From positions 66,588,001 through 66,652,000 of the forward strand of contig OX597822.1 of NCBI GenBank assembly GCA_951406725.2: a stretch of 64,000 nucleotides of DNA, given 5' to 3'. The notes under the pieces were generated by a model, which saw only the letters and a program-made list of their open reading frames with translations, was not told the origin of the DNA and made no database searches. A program made the translations under genes and the position numbers. Source of the stretch: Octopus vulgaris. Lineage: Eukaryota. This document shows positions 40,863-53,699 of the stretch, piece after piece (within the stretch, counting starts at the first letter, position 1; each line of letters opens with the position of its first letter).

Positions 40863-41013
40863 GTTGTTGTTGTTGTTATTATTATTATCATTCTATGTTT
40901 GACTTTTGCTTCATGTCTGTATAAGTTGGCTCCAAGTCTCACCCAGAGACCTCAAGAGACAACAGGTTGGAAGTTCACGTTCTTGTTATGTTGTTATCAC
41001 GTTGTTGTTGTTG

Positions 41014-41099
<86 letters not shown>

Positions 41100-41111
41100 A
41101 TTATTATTATT

Positions 41112-41149
<38 letters not shown>

Positions 41150-41242
41150 CATTATTATTATTTTATGTTTGACTTTTGCTTTACATTTGTACAAGTTGGC
41201 TCCAAGTATCACCCAGAGACCTCAAGAGACAACAATTTGGAA

Positions 41243-41317
<75 letters not shown>

Positions 41318-41346
41318 GCTGTTGTGTTGCTGTATTGTTGTTGTTG

Positions 41347-41442
<96 letters not shown>

Positions 41443-41445
41443 AGC
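40755..41445. repeat. Compound trinucleotide array (TAA/TTA/TTG/TAG) containing two copies of a putative Dong-like 3' UTR
   Basis: TATGTTTGACTTTTGCTT...AAGTTGGCTCCAAGT.TCACCCAGAGACCTCAAGAGACAACA at ~40892 and ~41162. The reverse complement of this block occurs at ~53960, downstream of an R4-like coding fragment. Confidence 0.75.
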
Positions 41446-42375
41446 AGTAGTGGTTTAGTAATTGCATTACTATTGATGCTTTTTTTTCTTTTTTCCATTG
41501 AGACGTGGTGACAGTGGGTTGTACTGTTTTGCTATGCAGCTGAAGACAGTGGTGGTGACGAATGCGGCGGTAGATTCACAGAAGTCTGAGCATGAAACGC
41601 TACCTTTAATCATTTTAGGAGAGAAAAAAAAAAGCCGAGAAGATTTTGTCTACGATGATGACGACGTCGATGTTAATGATGATGATGAGGATGATGATTA
41701 TGATGACGAGGACGCTCAAAGTTGATTAATTGCTATTTATAGAAATTTGAAGGGCATTGACAAAGCATCATTTTCTATTGCATGGCATTTGTTCTGACGA
41801 TGTAGAGGTAGCAATACCGCTAGTAACACTATTGGTAATCGCAGCTGATGCAACATCATCGAAAAACAACAACATGCTCAGCAATAACAACAGCGGCTCC
41901 AGTAATATCGTCAACAAAAGCAACAGCAATATCCAAAGCGGTTGCATTAGTGCTGTTAGTTCTTTAAGTAATGGTGTTATTGACACTGTGTAGACGCCAT
42001 GTAATATTACACTGTACCAGGCACGCAATTCTCAAAGATTGTTTACTGGTAAGATTTGTTAATAGTAAGTTTGGAGATATTAATTTATTGAGTTTCGGAT
42101 GTAAGCTTGGAACTACCCAGTGAGAACATAATATCGTCGCCTCTCTTCTTATATAAACATAGTATGAAACAAAATATTATATTTCTACATCTTCAATATT
42201 CTGCAATGAATAAAACAAAGAAAAATATTTGGTACTTCTAATATCATTTAGTGTGTGTGTGTGTGTGTGCATGTGCTCGCGCAAACTGTAAAAACTTGCA
42301 ATTATATTACTGGGAGTTTCGAATGCCGGAGCGAAGAGCTATGTGTGTGTGCCTGTGTCTCTGTGTGTAGGCATG

Positions 42376-42452
<77 letters not shown>

Positions 42453-42591
42453 ATATTGGCAGGGTATATTATACACTGCCAATATACACATATATTTGAA
42501 TTTTCTCTGACTCCTCAGATTTTTTGAATGCTGGACTACTGGTTTAAATTGATATTAAAATTAATATTAATTTATCTCCCTCAATTTTTAA

Positions 42592-42705
<114 letters not shown>

Positions 42706-42988
42706 CTAATTCTTATGCAGAGCCAGATATCCGGGATCTGGAATTTTACAGTGATTTTTTTTTTTGCTAGTTTATTTTGTCTCTTTGCCTTCTCACCTGG
42801 TGCTGTATGAACATTTAATGCAGTTTTAGAGTCAAGTTTTGACTGTTATTTCTAGCATGGTTGTATCCCTTCGATACCCTGAATTATAATTCTAATAATC
42901 ATTATTACCTTTGAGGTTTTTATTCCCATGCTGCTGGCCACCTGATAGATCGGTATTTTAAATAACGATGTTATACTTATTTATATAA

Positions 42989-43032
<44 letters not shown>

Positions 43033-43486
43033 TTATATATATATAAATTATCGTGCACATCTACCCGGAATCAGATAGCAAATGACAGAGAGCACATTGG
43101 TGTGGCCAGACACGTAACTGGGTTTTTCTTTCACATCATGTCTCATTTAGAAGTAGTCAAACTAATTTCCCCTACTCATGCTTAAAACTACACCTCTTAG
43201 CCCGGACAGATACACTTTCGAGCTTCAAGGAAAAGAAATAGGACACTAGGAGTAACATATAGGTAGTATGTCCTTTTCCAACTGCAACGACCGTTCCAAA
43301 TGAAGATAAAAAAATATGATGAGAGTTTTTGTTTGAAGAATGTGTTTCCTATATTTCTTACATTAGTGTCAACTAGACATCAGCTTTCACTATAGTTGCA
43401 ATGCAGTTAAAAGCTGCCTACACTTTCCAGTTAAGGAAAGATCATCCGACAACGTTGTTATAAAACTCGGTTGTAAATCTGATTCG

Positions 43487-43524
<38 letters not shown>

Positions 43525-43536
43525 TATGCATATATA

Positions 43537-43900
43537 TCTATCATATAAAATGCCTTCTGTGTGTCTACTAGGATCTCGGGCATCCTCCATCCAATTGCGC
43601 TGAAATTTGATATGTAGATATGTAGATAACGATGGTATCAGAGCGTGTATAAGTCTTGAAAATTTACAAAAATTGATTCCAGGTGAGAATGCGATCGATA
43701 AGTTGAATAAAATCGGTTTTCTTTGAATAAAAAAAAAAGGCTATCTTTATTTCTTCTTTATCTGGTGTCTCAAATTTAGGTTAAATCGGGGTTTCTCAAA
43801 GGGGAGGCTTGCAGGGCGGTCGGACAAGTTGTTTTGAAAAAATTTGGTTGAAATGTTTTTACAACTCAGCACCGTCCATAGGACGGGGGTTATTTTACTC

Positions 43901-43901
<1 letters not shown>
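43537..43901 (+). mobile_element. Non-autonomous Helitron-like element
   Basis: 5' TCTATCATATAAAA after an A, internal CCAATTGCGCTGAAATTTG, subterminal hairpin CCGTCC-ATA-GGACGG (43872-43886), and 3' CTCG|T 11 bp later (canonical end is CTRR). Confidence 0.6.
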
Positions 43902-43943
<42 letters not shown>

Positions 43944-43999
43944 TACACTCACATACACACACGTAATGAGTTTTAAGAGTTTCAACTTCTATTTTTTCA

Positions 44000-44685
44000 C
44001 ACAAAGCTACAAATTCGCGAGTAAAATCGTTTGGGTTGGAGGTGACACCACTCTTCCTACACATGTATGGAAATCTTCGCGCGAGAAGGCTGGGTCAGTG
44101 CCCGGCTAATACACCTAAGTGAGGTGTTCACTCGACGGACTTACTTTCTCGCAAGATGAACAATTATTTTGAGCAGAACCATAAATCCATGCTTCAGCAC
44201 AAGTGATGATGGTCTTCATAAAGTCTGGGTCATGCGTTGTGTAATTCCGGACTGTCCTGAGCGATTTGTATGCGGGGTGGCTTTTGCTGCTGCACCGGAA
44301 TCCTTGAAGCCAAATTTTGCAGACACTCTCCGCATGAATGCATCTGTCTAAATAGAATCTATTGATCTTGTACTATAGTCCACCTCGAGAGAACTTGGAT
44401 TGCTACGCAACGGTCTTCCGTGACTATTCATCGACCTTTCTCAATCAGGTCATCGTTTCGGCTTCGGATTGGCATGTTTGATTGCGTCTCAATTTCCACT
44501 GAGATACAGACATGTTTTAAGCGTTTGTAGCACTTCTTGATTTGAGCTTTGGCCAAGGAATCATCGCCAATGTCCAGCTGAATCTTCTGTATAGTTTGAG
44601 CTTGACTTACGCCAAACTTTTCGTAAAATTTGATGCAAAATACTGAATAAGTTCGGTGCAAACGAAATTCTGAGCAACGCGCACT
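44000..44685 (-). mobile_element. Decayed mariner transposase, N-terminal half
   Basis: FCIKFYEKFGVSQAQTIQKIQ..GDDSL...QIKKCYKRLK....SVE, then MRRVSAKF, then DPDFMKTIITCAEAWIYG (cf. IITGDETWVYGY). Confidence 0.8.
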
Positions 44686-44687
44686 AC

Positions 44688-44742
<55 letters not shown>

Positions 44743-45036
44743 TAATGTAGGATTAAATTATTTTCGAAAAAAATTATTTTCCCAAAAAAATCTTATCAAT
44801 GGCCAGCATATTAAAAAATACCTTTAAAGGTGAAATTTATAAACAATTCATAAATAAGGGCAAACGAAAAAACTCCTAATGCCAAATATGCCGAAAAATT
44901 GGATATATTATCCATTAACCATTTTTTCGTTTGCTCTTATTTATGAATTGTATAGATATATATGTATAAACGTATGAGTATGTATGTATATATATGGATG
45001 GATATATATGGATATATATATATATATATATATATA

Positions 45037-45878
45037 AATGAATGTTTTTATATATAATGAACGTGAAATACAGGAAGGGACGAACACGGAACACAGACAA
45101 ATCATTCGAAGCCTTCAATCTTCAGTCAGACACCGATCATCATAGCAAATTTGCTGTTCAATTCTGATATTTGCTCCAACTCGGCCAGCCCCAAGAAAAA
45201 AAACTAAGCTGTAAGCATTAGATTTCTTGGTAGAAGACAGGAATGTGAACGCACAAGACGGATGTGAATACAAGAGACGAAAACGAAATTGAAAACAGTA
45301 ATGAATAAACAAAATATATAGAACGGTGGTTGTCATACGACTTTAGACCAAATGAGACAAAAACACAACAACAACATAGCTGGCGTAGAAATAATTACCG
45401 TTTCGGTAGCGGGGACACATGTTGGTCGAGATACGAAGGCCAACAGAATGGTTTAAGAAGCAGCAGGTCGCAGGAGAGAGAGAAAGAGAGACAGAGAGAG
45501 AGGGAATCAAAGAGGGTGGAAGGCAGGGGACAGAATCAGTGACCAAGAGAGAAGGAGAAAGAAGGGATTAAGGAGGATGGGAGGAAGAGGGGAGGAGGAT
45601 GGGAGGAAGAATCGGAGGGCGCCAAAAAGTTTGGTGAAGAAGCAATGGCGGGTAGTAAAAGACAGTGTGTATAGAAGTCGTGCAGGGTTTAAAATTGGAC
45701 AAACAAACGGGGGGGGGGGGTGCACGTAACGCCGCAATAATATAAGAATGAATGTTTTTATATATAATGAACGTGAAATACAGGAAGGGACGAACACGGA
45801 ACACAGACAAATCATTCGAAGCCTTCAATCTTCAGTCAGACACCGAATCATCATAGCAAATTTCGGCTGTTCAATTCT
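45037..45878 (-). mobile_element. Non-coding (TA)n-flanked element with ~130-bp terminal direct repeats (pLTR/retrozyme-like)
   Basis: AATGAATGTTTTTATATATAATGAACGTG...GCTGTTCAATTCT occurs at 45037-45166 and 45747-45878 (period ~710). No recognisable ORF inside; (TA)n on both sides. Confidence 0.7.
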
Positions 45879-45892
45879 ATATATATATATAT

Positions 45893-45968
<76 letters not shown>

Positions 45969-46854
45969 GCACACAGACATACTGACATACATGATCCATT
46001 GAAAGAGAAATACACCCTTGCGAATATGCTTATAATGCTAAAATTATAAATAGCATTGCATGAATTGAATCAAATTCTCTTTATGTGCAATGTGAATAAG
46101 TTCTACTCACAGAAATATAAAACTGAATTTTCAAAACGTTCCCTCTATGAATTTGTGGAGTCTATTTTGATATAACACAAATTTTGAAAAGTGGTGTTTT
46201 AATGATTATTTCTGAACACCTAGTAAATATGAACGAAGGAGTAAACGACAGGATTGGAATATTTTTAGCAGGTAATGGAATCATAGTTCAGCTGGTTACA
46301 TAAGGCTAGACGATTGTAATAAAATGGTTGATAATACTAATGCTGTTGAAAAGAAATGCTACAGAAGTTGAAAAATAGTTTTTAAATTTAAGCTATAGGA
46401 TTGAAAATGTGAACCAAGATATTAGTACATAGCCATATTTCTTTTGATGTATAGTGAAATAATTCTAAAGAAATGAAAAAATAAAACTATGGCATATACA
46501 CACATACTGAAAATGTATGAAGATATCTTGTGTATTATATAATGAAACTGATGATAATGTGATTTCTATGATTGTGGAAAAGGAAAGACGCAGAATAATT
46601 AATTGTACATCAAGAGCAAAGAAATGTAACATAGCTGCTGCGAAGTATCTTAAACGAAGTCAAAAGATATGACTATAACATAAAGACAGTAAAAACAGAA
46701 TTCAAGCGACATTCAAACGTCTAGAAAGATATCAAAATAGAAAGAAATGTTTAGATATAACAGTGATTTTGCCATCATTTCCACCAACACCAACACCTTG
46801 TAAAGAATGTTTTAAACAGTGTAATCTATTGCGTGTATATTAAATATTAATAAC

Positions 46855-46924
<70 letters not shown>

Positions 46925-46925
<1 letters not shown>

Positions 46926-47542
46926 GTCGGCATTACAATATCAAAACTGCCGACAAGTGGTATAATCACCACCCTGAGGCTGTAACTAAAGGAGAAAATG
47001 TAACCATTCTGTGGGACGTTCCAGTACATACAGACCGAACCATCAAGGCCAATAAACCAGATATTGTTGTGAAAGACCAAAACAATAAAGTTTGCTTATT
47101 GATCGACATGAGCATCCCCTGTGATCATAATATCTCAGCGAAAGAGTTTGACAAGCTCAGAAAATATAAAGACCTACTCATTGAAATTGAGAAAATGTGG
47201 CATCTCAAGGCGGTTACAATACCAGTGATCGTAGGAGCACTAAGAATGATCAAGAAGGGAACCGAAAATTATATGAGAATGATCCCTGGCTTACCATCCC
47301 TGCAAGAAGTGCAAAAGATTGTCTTAACTGGTACATCACACGTATTGAGAAGAGCATTGTCGATGTGAGAACTGTTGCTGCTCATGTATTTTAATTTAAC
47401 TTTAAAAAAAAAATTTTTTAAATGAACGAACTACTGAGTTTGGTTTAATGGCCTACCAATGTATACTATGAGTTTCTTTGCCCTAGGAGTCGGGAAGACA
47501 CTCGGCAAGAAATGGAAGCAAATTTGAAAGAAGAAAAAAAAA

Positions 47543-47543
<1 letters not shown>
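46925..47543 (+). mobile_element. Dong/R4-clade LINE 3' end, near-identical to the 27558 copy, in (TAA)n
   Basis: The ORF 47069-47368 peptide equals the corresponding C-terminal part of the 27569 ORF except VGALG to VGALR (the listed first M is GTG). (TAA)n lies on both sides. Confidence 0.93.
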
Positions 47544-47580
<37 letters not shown>

Positions 47581-47581
<1 letters not shown>

Positions 47582-47914
47582 GGGAGCATCATAGCCATGT
47601 GTTGAGAAGGATTTTTTGGGGTTTGAATAATTCACCTCTGAAAACATGGGTGTTTCGTTCGATATCCTTAAACAACCCTTATTCAGGGACCTTTTGACCG
47701 GGATGGGTTACTCGACCTGAAGAAAATTCTAACTGGGCCCCACCTGCAAGGTCATGTGCTGTTTATTTTGATATGAGATCACCATGTCGCGCACATATGG
47801 TTGTGATGCATGTGCCTGGTGTACCCTTATCAGACGGGTAGTCATGATGGGTATACTGGGCTTCGTATATCTTACCCCAGTGTAACTTTGATGGCATGCA
47901 CTGCTCTCTCACTC
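47581..47914 (+). mobile_element. Non-coding 3' end of another (TAA)n-associated retroelement, copy 1
   Basis: Flanked by (TAA)n on both sides and homologous to 48157-48455. Confidence 0.65.
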
Positions 47915-47935
47915 AATAATAATAATAATAATAAT

Positions 47936-48455
47936 GCTCTGTGAAGTATCAGGTAGTAGTTCTCATGTCTTCTCATCTTAACTGATTGGAAGTGTTGCCA
48001 TGTACATCGTGTTGTCTTGCTATAAAATACGGCCTACAGCATATATTCGACTCAATGCCACAGATTTGCTTGTCAGTTGCTAGACCTTAACCAGTTGAGC
48101 TTGTCCCTTAGTGGCTGACGATAAATGCATCTCTGATCATGAGCAGGAGTAGTGTGGGAGCGTCATAGCCGTGTGTTGAAAGGAATTCTTTGAGGTTTGG
48201 ATAATTCAGCTTTGGAAACATGGGTAGCTCGTTCAACATCCTTAAACAGCCCTTCTTCAGGAACCTTTGAACGGGATGGGTTACTCGACCTGAAGAAAAT
48301 TCTAACTGGGCCCCACCTGCAAGGTCATGCGCTGTTAATGTTGGTATGAGATCGCCATGTCGTGCACATATGGTTGTGATGCATGTGCCTGGTGTACCCT
48401 TATCAGACGGGTAATCATGATGGATATACTGGGCTTCGTATACTTTACCCCACTG
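47936..48455 (+). mobile_element. Same element, copy 2 (longer 5', older, 3' end replaced by a SINE)
   Basis: Repeats GGGAGC.TCATAGCC...CCTGAAGAAAATTCTAACTGGGCCCCACCTGCAAGG...TTACCCCA.TGT.AACTT. Confidence 0.65.
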
Positions 48456-48568
48456 TCAACTTGGGCAAGTGTCTTCTACTATAGCCTCGGGCCGACCAAA
48501 GCCTTTTGAGTGGATTTGGTAGACGGAAACTGAAAGTAGCCCGTCGTATGTATGGGTATACATATATG

Positions 48569-48640
<72 letters not shown>

Positions 48641-48735
48641 GTTATGTGTTTATGTTTGTCCCCCCACCATCGCTTCACAAACGATGCTCCAGCATGGTCA
48701 CAGTCAAATTACTGAAACAAATAAAAGAGGAAAAG
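48456..48735 (+). mobile_element. CORE-like SINE, 5'-truncated and internally deleted
   Basis: CTTGGGCAAGTGTCTTCTACTATAGCCTCGGG...(TA/TG)n...GCTCCAGCATGGTCACAGTC. Confidence 0.85.
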
Positions 48736-49347
48736 AATCTTATATATTTACGTAATAAAGTCTCCTATATGAAAACAAATATAATCACTGGTGGTTTTTC
48801 TGTCGACCACAATTTGTTTTTATCCGTCTATGAATATATGTACGTATGTCAGTGTGTGTTTTTATAAATACATTTTTTTCTCTTAATATTAGACTTTTAG
48901 AAAATAGAAGGAAATAAAATTTCAAAATGATTCATTGTTTACATTGACTTGAAAAAAATTACTTTTTTTAAATATTATATTAAAAATTTTTAAACTTTGT
49001 TATTCAACCAATATTATGTGGGTTGTATACACCTCATTATACTAGTCACGTACGTATATTTTGTAACCATTGAATATCGCTGAAAAAAGAAAGAAAGGAT
49101 AGTGCATATCCTTCGTTCATTCAAGAAGTAGGTTACAGATTTCATTAAACGTTACATACGGAAATATAATAGATGGAAGCAAACAGAAATTCGATGTTAT
49201 TAAGGAAGAGGAGGAGGACAACGGTGAGGAGGAGGAAGAGGAAAGGGAGGAATGGGAAATTGTCCGTAATTTCATGGATAATGTTTATCCAGATTATTAA
49301 ATGTAAATTGTAAACATTACGATATTAAATCCAGGTGTATTTTTAGC

Positions 49348-49662
49348 CGTGGCTTAGTGGTTAGGGCATTCGGCTCACTATCGTAATGTCGTGAGTTCAA
49401 TTCCCGGCGACGCGTTGTATCCTTGAACAAGACACTTTATTTCACGTCGCTCCAGTCCACTCAGCTGACAAAAATGAGTTGTACCTGTATTTCAAAGGGC
49501 CGGCCTTGTTACACTCTGTGTCACGCTGTATCTCCCTGAGAACCACGTTACGGGGACGCGTGTCTGTGGATTGCTCAGTCACTTGCACGTTAATTTCACG
49601 AGCAGGTTGTTCCGTTGATCGTATCAGCCGGGACCCTCGTCGTCGTAACCGACGGAGTGCTC
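49348..49662 (+). mobile_element. Full-length tRNA-derived SINE
   Basis: A box GTGGCTTAGTGG, B box GAGTTCAATTCC, and a central CCTTGAACAAGACACTTTA...CCAGTCCACTCAGCTG domain. Confidence 0.88.
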
Positions 49663-51409
49663 CTATTTTAGCCATCGTTATGAATATGTAATGTTTACAC
49701 TTGGCGAGTGATTTATTTCAAACACTAAGAAGACTTCTCTCCATAGTTGCAATACAGATTTCGCCAGACATTATATATTTTCTCCAGACTTTGTACGCCG
49801 CACCTTTGTTTTATTTGTGTTTGTTCCTTGGTTCTTCGGTACTTTCATACAGGTGTTTTAATGTTACTCTTGAAACTAATTTAATGAAATGAGACCAAAG
49901 TAATCCAAAACAAATTCGATAGTTACATTGTTTTTAAACCGAACGAGAAAACAAAATAAAAAGCATAATGGATATCTTTAACAATAAACAATGTTATAAA
50001 CTGCTATAAATTTATGAAACAAAATAGAATTTAAAAAATCAAAATCTACTCTTTTTGTTTATCACTGTATCAATTAAAAAAAATCTAGCATTCAGTGTAA
50101 ATATTTTGCAGAGCCGTACACACATTGATTCATAATCTCATAACACAAACAATTCTCTCTACTTCTCTCTCTCCTTCTTGACCTATCTTTCGGCTTCTCA
50201 CTCAGCTTATCGCTCTCCCGTTCTCTCTCTCTCTATCTCTCTCTCTCTCTCTCTCAGCCTTTCTGTCTCTCTCTCAGTCTCTCTCTCAGCCTTTCTGTCT
50301 CTCTCTCGGTCTCTCTCTCAGCCTTTCTGTCTCTCTCGGCCTCTCTCTCCTGACCTCTCTCTCTCTCTCTCTCTCTCGGTAATCGAAGTGGTTAGAACGT
50401 ACTATAGATATGCAATTTTCAGTCGAAGTACACACATGCTTCTATAAATTAATTTGTTTCCTTTCTTTTAACAAGCGAGTATGTGAAGGAGGTTTTATGC
50501 AGAGACTCCGGCAGCTAGTCATTATAGGAAACTAGAGTTTCTCTAGTTCATTGCTAAGTTACGATAAAAGCTGCAATGCTAAGCTTTTTTCATTTTGCTC
50601 TCTAACATTCCCGAAAAAGAATTAAATGACAAAATCTTTGTTTCTATTCTCGTTTTGACTACAATTTACTGTGTTGTTATGGCATACTAGACATGACCCT
50701 GTAACATAGGTTTCGTAATCTTAATTCTACTGAAGTACATTTTGACATTTATTCTATATCCGCAAGAGTAGCTTAACTATCACAGCACAGCAGACACGTT
50801 TCGCTCACATCACATCCTACTGTCTTCAGTAAATGAACGACTTATTAGATAAGGATACACTTTGTCTAAATCATTGCAGAATATAAGCGAATTGATTATA
50901 CTTTATAGCGACAACTGTAAAATAATACCTTCTTATAAGCGTCAACCACTTATAAGGTTGGGGTGAGATGTCGTCCAGTTTTATAATTTTGTCGCCCTAA
51001 GTTGGAGAATAACTCACTACGGAGATGATTCCTTCTCCTATTTAACTTTCCTAATGAGGTGGACAAGCTTTAAAATCGTTTGATTTGAGCAACCGCTCAA
51101 ACATTAGTGTTGATACAATCTGCATATTTGAATTCTCGATGATGAGAATGATACCAGATGACATCAGATTGTGCATGTTCACTTCTTTTCAACTTATAAA
51201 GGGGTTTCATATTAAAATATGTTTAAGATATACGTACAGACTTCATCAATTACCTTTGATGATGCTGTTGTCAATTCCAAGGAAAATATCGAACAAGATA
51301 ACCACAGAACAAAAGAACAAAAGATCTTTAAGAGTGCACATCCCAACGCTTGCTCAGATAGAGGACACCTAAAATTACACCAGCCAGTACAATTTTACGT
51401 CAAAATGCG

Positions 51410-51590
51410 TCGAGATGCAACGGGAAAAATTCTTCGCGATATTTCGTTCGTCTTTACGTTCAGAGTTCCAATTTCGACAAGGATGTCTGTTTTTCATCCC
51501 TTCTGGATCGATAGAATAGATACCAGTTGATTGTAGATTCGATGTAATTGACTCCACCAAAATTTCTGGTCTTTTGCCAAAAATTGATAG
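51410..51590 (+). mobile_element. Nin-like SINE, diverged
   Basis: ATTTCGTTCGTCTTTACGTTCAGAGTTC...TTTCATCCCTTCTGGATCGATAG...CAAAATTTCTGGTCTTTTGCC. Confidence 0.6.
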
Positions 51591-52306
51591 CAAAATGATT
51601 CCACATCATTACAATAAGGGAAGACTTCTAGTAGCAGACCGAGCCCAAAACTCAGAGTGCATGCTCTTTATTGACATGTAGCTTTCTACCATGTATTCCG
51701 ATCTATTGTTACATTAAGGGACCCGTCATTGTTATCACCATTATTTCTTTAATCTCTAATTTTTCATTATCTCTTCAATAAGGTCATCAACATGAGAGGC
51801 AAACAATGAATATTACGTTGTAAACTATAAACTTTGTATAGACGCAGACATTTGATTACAGGGTGAATTGCATTTAGCCTCGTAACCTTCTTATATAGAA
51901 ATTAGTATCATAACATCAGTGATACAGCATTAAAATACCATCAATAGTAATTACGTTTTGATCACTATTAATGGAAGATTAAAAACTATAAATAAATTGG
52001 AATAAAGTATACATAGAAATTTAATTACAGAAGCAATGAAAATATATAGAGCAATATGTTGGGTTTTTTTTTTTTTTTGTAAGAGAGACAGATGCAGAGA
52101 CATAGATATACATGGAAGGGGAATAAGAGAAAGTGAAAATTCAGAGAAAGCGAGCGAGAGAAAGATAGAGAGAGAGAGGAAAAGGAGTTACAAAATGAAA
52201 GAAAGAATGAATTATAGTGAGAAAAAGAAAAAGAGGAGGGAGTATAAGAAGTAGGGAAGAAAGGAGAAAGGAGGTATATTGAATATGTTGATGTCGATGA
52301 CACATA

Positions 52307-52337
<31 letters not shown>

Positions 52338-52567
52338 CCTTAACCAATATACTGATATTCATTATAAGGAATGCTGGTGATGATAAGGAAGAGGAGGGGG
52401 AGATCGAAGCAGAGGAAGTGGTAGCGACAATGTGAGAAAGAAAAGTGATTTGGATAGAGAATAGAGTTCGTGATTCAGAATTTTTGTGAGAAAACACACT
52501 TGTGGGCGTTCAACAGTTGTTATTTGATAAGACTATCAGATATCATTAGTGATTATATATATATATA

Positions 52568-53308
52568 TAAAACAATAATAAATCTCTGAACGAGATATAA
52601 ACAGTAACTGCTCGACAACGTAAGGGGGATCAGCCATCTGAATGTGGCTAGGGACAGGGCGGGGTGGTGGGGGTGTTACTGATGCTTTTAGCCCCAGGCG
52701 ATCATCAACGTCACCAGAAGGACTGACACCATATCAGTGTCCTTGTTTGCCTGTAAACGGAGGTCATCCTCCCTCGAAGATACGGATACTACATACGGAC
52801 CGGTTTCGAGGTCATTAAACAAGGACACTGATATGGTGTCAGTCCTTCTGGTGACGTTGATGATCGCCTGGGGCTAAAAGCATCAGTAACACCCCCACCA
52901 CTCCGCCCTGTCCCTAGCCACATTCAGATGGCTGATCCCCCTTACGTTGTCGAGCAGTTACTGTTTATATCTCGTTCAGAGATTTATTATTGTTTTCAGA
53001 CAGTGTTTCTACATCAGTGACAGTAGTTACTGTGAAAAACCTTATATATGTTGCTTGTGGAGGGAATCCTTCATCGAAGAACGGTACTTACCATACGTTG
53101 ATAAGAGGCAATGACCTCGAAACCGGTCCGTATGTAGTATCCGTATCTTCGAGGGAGGATGACCTCCCTTTACAGGCAAACAAGGACACTGATATGGTGT
53201 CAGTCCTTCTGGTAACATTGATGATCGCCTGGGGCTAAAAGCATCAGTAACACCCCCTCACCCCGCCCTGTCCCTAGCCACATTCAGATGGCTGATCCCC
53301 CTTACGTT
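52568..53308 (+). mobile_element. Penelope-type pLTR insertion: one inverted copy plus a tandem direct partial pair, (TA)n-flanked
   Basis: 52568-52748 is the reverse complement of 52817-52996. 52749-52816 is the reverse complement of ~53110-53177. 53178-53308 repeats 52817-52948. A hammerhead motif lies inside. Confidence 0.85.
53092..53134 (+). ncRNA. Type I minimal hammerhead ribozyme with a mutated core
   Basis: CATACG | TTGATAA | GAGG-CAATGA-CCTC | GAAA | CCGG | TC | CGTATG: perfect stems I and II and a palindromic stem III. The core differs from CTGATGA at two positions. Confidence 0.85.
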
Positions 53309-53337
53309 ATATATATATATATATATATATATGTGAA

Positions 53338-53415
<78 letters not shown>

Positions 53416-53434
53416 GATATATACATACAAATAG

Positions 53435-53693
53435 TTTTATTCTTTTACTTGTTTCATTCATTTGACTGCGGCCATGCTGGAGCACTGCCTTAGTCGAGCA
53501 AATTGACCCCCGGACTTATTCTTTGTAAGCCTACCGGTCTCTTTTGCCGAACCGCTATGTTATGGGGACATAAACACAGCAGCATCGGTTGTCAAGCGAT
53601 GTTGGGGGACAAACACAGACACACAAGCATATACATACGCATACATATTTATATACATACATATGACGGGCTTCTTCCAGTTTCCGTCTACCT
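53435..53693 (-). mobile_element. CORE-like SINE, truncated
   Basis: TTTTACTTGTTTCATTCATTTGACTGCGGCCATGCTGGAGCAC...GACGGGCTTC..CAGTTTCCGTCTACC. Confidence 0.85.
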
Positions 53694-53699
53694 TCTTCA

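Noticed and set aside
41498-41993. Acidic and Asn/Ser-rich ORFs
   Set aside because: Decayed (GAT)n and (CAA)n repeats with no domain or splice support.
49348-49410. tRNA gene
   Set aside because: A and B boxes are present, but the sequence continues into a SINE body found in several copies, and there is no acceptor stem.
50778-50800. TATCACAGC, the miR-2 family 5' end
   Set aside because: The match stops after 9 nt and I see no precursor hairpin.
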